Shown here: piece by piece, positions 33,783 through 41,820 of the stretch
How positions within the stretch are numbered: position 1 is the stretch's first letter
Layout: each line of letters opens with the position of its first letter
Origin: an uncultured Chitinophagaceae bacterium
GTDB taxonomy: Bacteria > Bacteroidota > Bacteroidia > Chitinophagales > Chitinophagaceae
NCBI GenBank assembly: GCA_963760045.1
Contig: CAVXBN010000022.1
Span: forward strand, 136,682-200,681
Reading direction: 5' to 3'
Length of the DNA: 64,000 nt
Program-made: the position numbers and the translations under genes
The notes under the pieces: model-generated
Database searches by the model: none
Told to the model about the DNA's origin: nothing
Seen by the model: the letters and a program-made list of their open reading frames with translations, nothing else

Positions 33783-34559
33783 ATGCGATTCAGAATTTCC
33801 CTGCATAGCAGCGAGCCCGGTGCTGTGTTACCTTGCCATTACCACCAACCTTTGTCTTCCGCCATTCACAGGATGGTAGATAGTGCAGGAAGTTACCTGT
33901 CACCACCATACGCAGAAACTGCTGGCACACCGGGTGTACCGATGTTTACATTTTCCGATCTGCAAGCTTCCTTTACCCGGCAAGGCGACTGCCTCCGCCT
34001 CGCATCCGGGCATGCAGAAATGGTCATTTGCTTTTATTTGCCAGAGGAATCTACCGGCATCATCAGGGAATTAATGACCGGTCAATTATTGGAAGTATCG
34101 GATGCAACAAGCAGCGTGGCGTTTACGATAACCGGTATCGAGAATTTTGCACAACCGTTCTCTCCACCCGGTACCGTGTTGCTGCAACCCCTTTCACCTT
34201 TGGCTGCCGGTAAGAAAAACGAACAGGGCGGATACGATTATCTCTCTCCCGCTGAAGCAGGTTATGCAGATTGTTTAGTTGAAAACTGGCTGGACAGTTG
34301 GCGCATCTTCCAGGGAGTGCATGAAGCAGAAACAGTTTCTTTACGCAAGGCTATATCGATAGACATAGAGTTGTTACGGTATCCACCGCAACAGCGTATG
34401 GTTTGCCTCTATAGTGAAACAGGAAACAACGTACGAGCGAAGGGCTACAACAAATTCAGGCTTGCGGTGCAGGCACCTGGCACCTTGCTAAAACTGGCGC
34501 TGGATGCAGGTTTGGGACTGCATACCGACCAGGGTTTCGGATGTGTGGGAATTGCGTAA
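33783..34559 (+). CDS. cas6: Orphan CRISPR-associated Cas6 family RAMP protein
   Basis: MRFRISL...LP..Y..PLSSAI, FTFS.L, LSPL, YL.P....Y...L.EN, and C-terminal G-loop AGLGLHTDQGFGCV (GhGxxxxxGhG). 258 aa, intact. Confidence 0.88.
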   Translation: MRFRISLHSSEPGAVLPCHYHQPLSSAIHRMVDSAGSYLSPPYAETAGTPGVPMFTFSDLQASFTRQGDCLRLASGHAEMVICFYLPEESTGIIRELMTGQLLEVSDATSSVAFTITGIENFAQPFSPPGTVLLQPLSPLAAGKKNEQGGYDYLSPAEAGYADCLVENWLDSWRIFQGVHEAETVSLRKAISIDIELLRYPPQQRMVCLYSETGNNVRAKGYNKFRLAVQAPGTLLKLALDAGLGLHTDQGFGCVGIA

Positions 34560-34833
34560 GTGCTGTAGGCTAAACATTTCCATAAACTATATTGATAACT
34601 TTCTTGCTTAAGGAAGTAGACGAATCATGAATACATCGAGATCATCCATCGGCCATGACGCATCAAATGGAAACTGATGATTTAAAAATCATTACATATG
34701 CTTATTCCATATACAGGTATTGTCATCTGTTTGTATATTTAAACTGTTACTTTATTCAGTCTCAATTCTGATTTTTTTATTCTCTTTCTTGAAGCCCAAT
34801 GGTTACGGTGAACATTACATCTTACAGGAAAGA

Positions 34834-34893
34834 CGAAGGATGATCGAAAGATAAATGAAGGATTTACGGAGATTCAAAGAGTCTGTGTTGACG
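34834..34893 (+). repeat. Degenerate 11-bp phased repeat
   Basis: CGAAGGATGAT CGAAAGATAAA TGAAGGATTTA CGGAGATTCAA AGAGTCTGTGT TGACG; units start at 34834, 34845, 34856, 34867, 34878, 34889. Confidence 0.5.
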
Positions 34894-34917
34894 TATGGAT
34901 AAATGAATATGTACTAT

Positions 34918-35226
34918 ATGGCAACACTAACCAATATCAAAATTCAACTGCTTTCGGGAACCATTGGCAAGCAGTTGGTAGTTAAACAATACGTTGATAA
35001 AACTGTTGTGAGCAAATATCCTGACATGAGCCGTGTGAAGGCAAGGGAACGGCAAAAACAAAAATAGGATATTATTTATACAAGCCGTTGCTTATGCAAA
35101 AGCCATCAACAATGACCCCGCAGTGAAAGCACGCGATCTTACAAAAGTTAACAAAGGGCAAAGTGTATATCATTTCATTTTGCTCTAAAGAAATATCTGA
35201 AGGCTCATAATAAAAACAGGAAGTAA
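34918..35226 (+). pseudogene. Small basic Bacteroidota hypothetical protein (about 95 aa), disrupted
   Basis: Hand translation MATLTNIKIQLLSGTIGKQLVVKQYVDKTVVSKYPDMSRVKARERQKQK*, then shifted FIQAVAYAKAINNDPAVKA...GQSVYHF. Resembles a Bacteroidota family I recall with SG.IGKQ.V.KQY..KTV.SKYPD...F..AVAYAK. Confidence 0.6.
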
Positions 35227-35282
35227 GAGAGTTTTTCTCACTTCACTTTCCAAGCGTTTTGTTATCCAGCCTGCCAAATTTT

Positions 35283-36434
35283 TTATTCGATCAAACCCTC
35301 GTACAACACGTTCAAGATAGCGTGTAAAGATGCATTGTAACCGTTGATATAAACCGGATCACATCCGTTTGTGATTACAACAATTCCGAATTTTTCTTCC
35401 GGCTCAAAAAACATCATGCTGTATAAACCATACGCCGAGCCTGTATGCCCAATCATGATTTTGCCGGGTAAAACCTGGTCGGTAATATACATTGCCAATC
35501 CATAGCCTCCTTCCCCATCAGTTACTTTGGTTTGCATTATTCGCGCACTCTGTTCAGAGATGATTCTTTCCCGCTTGTAGGTTCCAAGATTCATGTGCAT
35601 GATCATATATTTCGCCAAATCCTGTGCGGAAATCTTCATACCGCCTGTCGGCGAAAATATGGGTGTGCTATAGCCCCTGATATAGTGGCTGATCTCTTCT
35701 TTCCGCGGGTTGTAAGCGCCGGGACTCGGTGTAAATTGCCGGGTGGCAGAATCATACTCATAGATGGTAGCAAAGCGGCTCGAATCGAGCGCAGCTACTT
35801 CATAACCGCCGTAAAGCTTCAACGGATCGAGTATGTGTTTTTTGATATACTGATCGAACCGTTCTCCTGACATTCTTTCTATGATGGTGCCAACCATATT
35901 GTAGTTGAGATTGCAGTATTCGAAGCCTTCTCCCGGCGCATAATCATTATAACAATTTGCCCAGTTGACGCTCCTTTCGGGGTTAATGGAGTCGAGTGTA
36001 AAATAGCCCTGTGAATCGTTGAGACCGGAGGTATGCGACATCAGCATTTTCAGCGTAATGACACTGTCCGGAAACTTGGGATTACGCACCCTAAAACCTA
36101 TCAATTTACTTACATCATCACCGAGCGATAGCTTTTTTGCTTCCACCAATTGCATAATGGATGTTGCCGAAAAAGATTTTGAAATAGACGCAATGCGGAA
36201 CATATCTGTGCTTTGCAAGGGCGTTCCGGTTTCCTTGTTTTTGAGTCCGAAAGCATGTGTATAAATTGGTTTACCTTTTTTCACCACTGCGACAGATACA
36301 CCCACCATGCTATATTGTTTCATAATGCTATCAATGCGGGTTTCTGTCTTTGCCTTTTGAGCAGTTGCCGGCGAAAACAGGATAAGGAGTGCGCATATCC
36401 GCAACAGTTGTTTCAGCAGGCAGAAGTGTTTCAT
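35283..36434 (-). CDS. Secreted serine hydrolase (beta-lactamase/penicillin-binding-like family)
   Basis: FRIASISK (SxxK), LMSHTSG, YCN (YxN), GHTG. Confidence 0.88.
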   Translation of the reverse strand: MKHFCLLKQLLRICALLILFSPATAQKAKTETRIDSIMKQYSMVGVSVAVVKKGKPIYTHAFGLKNKETGTPLQSTDMFRIASISKSFSATSIMQLVEAKKLSLGDDVSKLIGFRVRNPKFPDSVITLKMLMSHTSGLNDSQGYFTLDSINPERSVNWANCYNDYAPGEGFEYCNLNYNMVGTIIERMSGERFDQYIKKHILDPLKLYGGYEVAALDSSRFATIYEYDSATRQFTPSPGAYNPRKEEISHYIRGYSTPIFSPTGGMKISAQDLAKYMIMHMNLGTYKRERIISEQSARIMQTKVTDGEGGYGLAMYITDQVLPGKIMIGHTGSAYGLYSMMFFEPEEKFGIVVITNGCDPVYINGYNASLHAILNVLYEGLIE

Positions 36435-36891
36435 TGTGTTGGCTTGAGGTTACAAGTATAAGGAATAATGAACGGTTGGGAGAATGAGAGAGTATCTGGT
36501 GTAAAACAAAATACTCATTCAATATTCCAATGGAAGGAATGGAGAAATTTTAAAGGCGCACAAATTACAATCTTGCTCAGGCACGCTATTTCGCCATTGC
36601 TGGGGTCAATGCCATCATCCTTGCACCTTCAACCTTACTTACACAGATTACAGGACTGGATCTAGAGTTTATATCCCCATTGATAGTAAGTAAAAAATTT
36701 TGTGTGATGCAGAAACTAGCCTGTCTTTAAATACAACATCATTAGCCTGTCAAACTGTTTTTACCAATGGAACACAAAGCAATTCAGCAATATTTTTTTT
36801 AAAATCAATTTTCAACGTCTCACTACTCCACATCGCTGATACCCAAGAATTCACCTGCATCTAACTTAACATTATACTATTCACCATTTCA

Positions 36892-36925
36892 TGCGTAGAG
36901 TTAGGGATTCGACCCCCCGGACCGT
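36892..36925 (-). other. Degenerate 3' fragment of a tRNA-Ser-like gene (possible att scar)
   Basis: Minus strand CGGTCCGGGGGGTCGAATCCCTAACTCTACGCA resembles a T-arm plus acceptor 3' strand (GGGGTTCGAATCCCTCTCTCTCCGC). No 5' half seen. Confidence 0.5.
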
Positions 36926-36972
36926 GTAAAGCGAAATGAAGAATGGATAAAAATATTTTTTCACTTCCCAAA

Positions 36973-36994
36973 TCAATCGTAATATTGCGATTGA
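36973..36994. promoter_or_regulatory. Palindromic operator, probable ArsR box 1
   Basis: TCAATCGTAATATTGCGATTGA, 22-bp palindrome with one mismatched pair, ending just before the arsR ATG. Confidence 0.75.
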
Positions 36995-36997
36995 AAG

Positions 36998-37315
36998 ATG
37001 GGAACTACAAAGTCATTGGAATTTAGCATAAAGGAAAATAAAATTGCGCAGTATGCCAAGGCATTGGCGCACCCCGCACGCATTGCCATCTTGCAGTTTT
37101 TGGTTAAAAAACAATCCTGTATGTGTGGCGATATTGTAGAAGTGCTGCCGCTTTCGCAAAGTACGGTTTCCCAACACCTGAAAGAACTAAAGGAAGCCGG
37201 ACTGATCAAAGGTGAAACGGAAGGAACGAAAGTGTGTTACTGCATTAATGAAAAAGAATGGGCAAAAGCCGAAAAAGCTCTCAGCCTGTTATTCGGTTCC
37301 TACACGGACAGGTAG
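36998..37315 (+). CDS. arsR: ArsR/SmtB family repressor
   Basis: [42 protein letters not shown]; heads the ars cluster. Confidence 0.92.
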   Translation: MGTTKSLEFSIKENKIAQYAKALAHPARIAILQFLVKKQSCMCGDIVEVLPLSQSTVSQHLKELKEAGLIKGETEGTKVCYCINEKEWAKAEKALSLLFGSYTDR

Positions 37316-37346
37316 TAGTTGCTGCTGATTTTTTTTGCACCTAATC

Positions 37347-37362
37347 ATCGTGATATTACGAT
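37347..37362. promoter_or_regulatory. Second ArsR-box-like palindrome
   Basis: ATCGTGATATTACGAT between arsR and arsM; same core as box 1 (ATCGTAATATTGCGAT). Confidence 0.65.
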
Positions 37363-37381
37363 AAATATAAACTCAGATACT

Positions 37382-38224
37382 ATGCAAACAAATGAACAAC
37401 TGAAAGAAGTAGTAAAACAGAAGTATGCAGAAATTGCCTTGCAGAACAAAGAAGCCAATTCAGCATCCTGCTGTGGTTCGGGCGGCTGCAGCACAGAAGT
37501 TTACAACATCATGTCAGACGACTACACAACGCTTGCAGGCTACCACGAAGACGCTGATCTTGGACTTGGCTGCGGACTTCCCACGCAATATGCGCATATT
37601 AAAAAAGGCGATGTGGTAGTAGACCTTGGCAGCGGCGCCGGCAACGACGCATTTATAGCCCGCCACGAAACGGGCGAAGCTGGAAAGGTGATCGGCATTG
37701 ACTTTACACCTGCCATGATTGATAAAGCAAAACGCAATGCAGCAGCCCGCGGATTTACCAACGTAGAATTCCGGCAGGGCGATATTGAAAACATGCCTCT
37801 TGCCGCCAATACTGCCGATGTGGTTGTAAGCAATTGCGTACTGAACCTCGTTCCTGACAAGGAAGCAGTGTTGAAAGAAATCTATCGTGTGCTGAAACCC
37901 GGCGGACACTTTTCCATTTCCGATATCCTCATAGACGGAACACTACCTGAAGGCATACAGGAAGCGGCAGAAATGTATGCGGGCTGCATCACCGGTGCCA
38001 TTGGCAGGCAACCCTATCTTGACATGATCCTCCGCTCAGGGTTCACCAATCTTACAATTCAAAAAGAAAAACCCATCCACATTCCCGGCGACATTCTGGA
38101 AAAGTATCTTTCTGCCGCCCAGATAGACGAATTCAGACAGTCGGGCACCGGAATAAACAGTCTGACTATCTATGCGGAAAAACCGCTCACTTCGCCCTGC
38201 TGCGGCACGCAATGCTGCCGTTAA
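37382..38224 (+). CDS. arsM: Arsenite S-adenosylmethionine methyltransferase
   Basis: SCC N-terminus, LGLGCG.P, VDLGSGAGND, SNCVLNL, AGCI.GA (conserved cysteines), C-terminal CC..CC. Confidence 0.93.
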   Translation: MQTNEQLKEVVKQKYAEIALQNKEANSASCCGSGGCSTEVYNIMSDDYTTLAGYHEDADLGLGCGLPTQYAHIKKGDVVVDLGSGAGNDAFIARHETGEAGKVIGIDFTPAMIDKAKRNAAARGFTNVEFRQGDIENMPLAANTADVVVSNCVLNLVPDKEAVLKEIYRVLKPGGHFSISDILIDGTLPEGIQEAAEMYAGCITGAIGRQPYLDMILRSGFTNLTIQKEKPIHIPGDILEKYLSAAQIDEFRQSGTGINSLTIYAEKPLTSPCCGTQCCR

Positions 38225-38250
38225 TTGCATAATGTGGTGAATATGCTGAA

Positions 38251-38299
38251 CCCGGTGCAGTGCCTGTATCTTTTTAGAAACAAAAAGCACCGCACCGGG
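38251..38299. other. Extended stem-loop between arsM and arsC
   Basis: CCCGGTGCAGTGC...GCACCGCACCGGG outer stem (12/13) plus inner TGTATCT-TTTT-AGAAACA; no U-tail. Confidence 0.55.
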
Positions 38300-38397
38300 C
38301 AACTGCAAGCTTTTTAGTGGCACCACAAAGCTTAACACAAAAACCAGCAACAGCGATAGCAACGGACATTGTATGTTTGAAGCGTAAATTACCAGTT

Positions 38398-38823
38398 ATG
38401 AAAAAAATTTTAGTACTCTGCACGGGCAACAGCTGCCGCAGCCAGATAGCGGAAGGATACCTGCGCTTCTTTGCCGGTGATGAAGCAGAGGTATATAGTG
38501 CAGGTGTGGAAACACACGGCGTAAATCCAAGAGCTATCGCCATCATGAAAGAAGACGGCATCGACATCTCGCACCATACATCCAACAATATGGAAGAATA
38601 TCGTCGCATTAGTTTCGATTATGTAATTACGGTATGTGACAATGCAAAAGAGCGGTGCCCCTATTTTCCTGCCAAAGCCCAGTTATTCCATCACAACTTT
38701 CCCGACCCCGCAAAAGCTAGCGGCACAGAAGAAGAAATCATGAATGCATTTCGCGATGTGAGAAAACAAATCAAAGCCTACTGCCGCAATTTTGTATCGT
38801 CCAACATTCTGAGTGATTATTGA
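38398..38823 (+). CDS. arsC: Thioredoxin-coupled arsenate reductase (LMWP family)
   Basis: CTGNSCRSQ P-loop, ITVCD...CP, FPDP. Confidence 0.93.
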   Translation: MKKILVLCTGNSCRSQIAEGYLRFFAGDEAEVYSAGVETHGVNPRAIAIMKEDGIDISHHTSNNMEEYRRISFDYVITVCDNAKERCPYFPAKAQLFHHNFPDPAKASGTEEEIMNAFRDVRKQIKAYCRNFVSSNILSDY

Positions 38824-38934
38824 GCTAATGTTTTCGTGTCTAAACAACGAGGTTTACAATTTATTGTGAGTGCAAAACCGTTGAGGACAATAGACTGTTG
38901 CGTTTTGATTTGAAAGCGAGTTATCGGTCCATTC

Positions 38935-39335
38935 GGACAACCCATTACTACCAATTCATAGATAGACCGACTGGCGCCAAAAGCAGCGGCTGTAGTGGCT
39001 TTGGGCACCTGCGCCACTTATGGCGGCATACCGGCAATGAAGAACAACCCTACCGGTGCTATGTGACTTCCGGATTACCTCGTGTGGAACTGGAAATCGA
39101 AGGCGGGTTTGCCAATTGTTTGTATTCCCGGTTGCCCGGCACAACCCGGTAATATCACAGAAACACTGTTGTATCTCGTTTTCCAATTAGCCGGCAAAGC
39201 GCCCATAATTCCGCTGGATGATGCGCTGCGACCAAAGTAGCTGTTCGACCGAACAGCACACGAAAAATGCAACCGCACGTCTTTTACGAACAGGGAGATT
39301 TTGCTCAGAATACGGCTCTCTACCAAGTGCCTTTA
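38935..39335 (+). pseudogene. hhyS: [NiFe]-hydrogenase small subunit remnant (group 1h-like)
   Basis: [79 protein letters not shown]...PLDDALRPK*LFDRTAHEKCNR..FYEQGDFA. Stops at 38959, 39064, 39238; N- and C-terminal parts deleted. Confidence 0.85.
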
Positions 39336-39408
39336 AAAATACATTGTTATGCCAGATATATTCAACAAGCCCACAGCTTCGGCAAACAAACCCAACATCA
39401 TTATCAAG

Positions 39409-40960
39409 GAAATGTCGTGAGATCCTATTACCCGCATTGTTGGCAGCTTTGGCATTCACTGTAAAATAGACTTTACCAACAAGCAGGTAGAGGAGTGCTA
39501 CAGCACGTTGATGGTGTTTCGGGGTTTGATATTTTTCATGAGAGGCATTGACCCGCGCTGATTCTCACTTTATATCGAGCAGCGTATGCGGCATCTGCGG
39601 CGACAACCACATGACCACATCTGTACTCAACCAGAATATGGCTTATGGTATAAGTCGCCCCATTTGGGCGAATATGTGCTGAACCCTGGCGAATCGGCTG
39701 ACTCTATGTTTGACCACGCCATTTACAACGACAATATGTGCAACGTTGATTTTTGCGGGCAAATGGTAAAGGAAACCAACCCAAGCGTGTACGACAAAGC
39801 CAAAACCACACCTGCTCCCAATGCCGAATTGTACGGTTTCAAAACCATTGCCGACATCATGGATTCGCTCAATTCCATTACCGGCGCTACTTTTATGGAA
39901 TCGCTGGAGGTATCGCGGTACACAAGGGAAATGTTCTGCCTCATGGAAGGCCGGCACACACATCCGTCCACATTTATTAGCGGCTGCGTCAGCACCACTA
40001 TCACCCATAAGGTGCTCACCGACCGTTACATCCGGCTGATGAAATACATTGAGTATTACAAAGAAAATAGTGCCCTGCACGACTATCTGTATGATTTCTT
40101 TTATGAAGCCTTACCCGGCTATGAAATGGTTGGCTACCGCGATACCAATCTCATTTGCTGAGGCTCTTTCAACGATCCCAACGATTGCGATTGCGATTAT
40201 AAACGCATGACCGGCAGGACCGTAAAAAGTTCATTACTTCGGGCGTTGCCATTAATGGAGAACTGGTAACAGCCGACCTCGTTAAAATAACCTTGGCATC
40301 AGGATATTGCCTGGCAGTTCGTACTACAACGACTGGCAAAATGAGAGGAGGTATGTAACGCACGATCCGCTGGGCAACGCGGCGGACTGCAATCATCCCT
40401 GGAATAAAACCACCAAGCCAAGACCGGGAAAAAGACGATTTTGCCGATAAGTACAGTTGGGTTACGTCTCCGTGATGGTTCGACAAACGCAGTGGTAAAC
40501 ATGTATGCTGCGACACCGGGGACCGTTTGCACGGCAGTGGATAACAGCAAAAGCAGGATTGGTAGATCTTGGTGGCTACATAAAGCAACCGGTATTCACT
40601 TCGGGTTCCATTTACCCAAAACTGCAGGCATGCCTGAAATGAAGCAGGTATTGTAATTGCCCGAATGGAGCAATGCTATAGAAAGAGACCGCGCACGGAC
40701 CTATCACCTAACCTATTCTGCATTGATTGGTTTGTATTGTATAGAAAAAGCACTGGAAGAAGTGCATGCCGGACGCACCCGGGAACCTATAAAGATTCCG
40801 TACAGAACACGCCCATCTTCGAGGAAAACGGTCCCGATACTATCAAAGGCATCGACATCATGCGTGCCAACAGGAGTTTCGATCTTGCCTGCCCTGTGGT
40901 GTTCACATTACGTAGGTGGCGGGAAACTGGTAAATCTACGCATACACCAATTGCACTTGC
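39409..40960 (+). pseudogene. hhyL: [NiFe]-hydrogenase large subunit remnant (group 1h-like)
   Basis: EMS*DPITRIVGS, VFRGF.IFM.G.DPR, L1 CGICGDNH (39587-39610), MFDH.I, SRYTREMFCLMEGRH.HPST, DFFYEALPGYE.VG, PEWSNAIERDRARTY, VQNTPIFEENGP..GIDIMRA.RSFD, L2 CLPCGVH (40886-40906). Multiple stops, frameshifts and deletions. Confidence 0.88.
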
Positions 40961-41130
40961 GAATTATAACAGTGGTCAGTAACAAAGAATAATGTCGTTG
41001 ATCCGGAAATGTATGCGCGGGTCAATTGAAAAAAGATACATCACACTTGTATAATCGCTTGCAAAAACAACGGGTGCATACAGATGAAACAATTGTAAAC
41101 GACTTTTTCATTTCAAAAAACTGTTGTTTT

Positions 41131-41330
41131 ATGAATCACAATGTGCTTACTATACAAAATATTTACAATGCATTTGGCAGAGACAATGTTGATGTAATCC
41201 TGTCTCATCTTGCCGATGAGATCCGCTGGGAAGAATTGTCGGAAAATTATGCGCAAAAAGCAGGTGCTTCCTGCATGCGCCCTGCACCGGTAAGTATGGC
41301 GTGCGCTCGTTTTTTCAAACTTTATTGTTT
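41131..41330 (+). pseudogene. SnoaL-like/NTF2 family protein fragment
   Basis: MNHNVLTIQNIYNAFGRDNVDVILSHLADEIRWEE...AQKAGA is a typical SnoaL N-terminus; it degenerates afterwards. Confidence 0.6.
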
Positions 41331-41429
41331 CATTCAACTTGCAAATATATCTGCAACGTGATCAAACACTAGGAATGCAAACTGTTAGCACATACCAGTT
41401 GATTTTTTCTTCTTTTTTCCCACATCTAC

Positions 41430-41700
41430 ACAACCGAATGGCTGCCACTTTTTTGGCTGCATCGCTGGGCTTCAGGCTTGCGTTTGAAACCGACCATTAG
41501 GTGGCAGTTGGCAATATTGCAACACGGCGGTTATCTACGTTGCTGGCAATAAAAGATGGCACATAATGGGGATTGGGACATAGTTCTTCCATCCTGCTTA
41601 CTGATGTCATTATACTCTTGCTGCAGTGGGCGGTGCCGGCACGTCATTTTCAGTATCGGAAGCATAGCAGGAATGATGCTCGCAGCTTCCAAAACAATCA
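41430..41700 (+). pseudogene. UreH/NiCoT-like nickel transporter remnant
   Basis: AASLGFRLAFETDH*VAVGNIATRR...AIKDGT*WGLGHSSSIL, then after a deletion IFSIGSIAGMMLAA; matches the HAFE.DH and WGLGH pattern. Confidence 0.7.
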
Positions 41701-41820
41701 CTTCATTATTTAAAAAACAGACGGTTTTGGCTCATGTTTTACTAAAATCCTAACTTGTGTTTAGGATTGGATTGTGCTATCTTAGTACTTCTCCTTCTTT
41801 TATCACATCATGCTTTGTCT

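Noticed and set aside
30218-34559. HNH plus Cas6 as one RNA-guided nuclease system
   Set aside because: They are separated by a terminator and a 2.6-kb oppositely oriented protease gene, with no guide RNA or other cas genes. Linkage is unsupported without co-occurrence data.
33450-35280. CRISPR array next to cas6
   Set aside because: No 25-40 bp direct repeats with regular spacers on either side; only a shared 9-mer and an 11-bp phased pattern, reported separately as speculative.
35283-36434. Antibiotic-resistance beta-lactamase
   Set aside because: SxxK/YxN/HTG motifs are shared by the broad serine-hydrolase family; nothing specific supports beta-lactam hydrolysis.
36468-36880. Possible gene remnant between the serine hydrolase and the tRNA-like scar
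   Set aside because: AT-rich, and I could not recognise a protein family in it.
36892-36925. Functional tRNA gene
   Set aside because: No D-arm, anticodon arm or 5' acceptor strand; the T-loop is mutated.
38935-41700. Stop-codon recoding (Sec, Pyl or alternative code) in the hydrogenase genes
   Set aside because: Stops are a mix of TAG, TGA and TAA, several at Trp/Gly positions, alongside frameshifts and deletions; neighbouring genes use these codons as normal stops.
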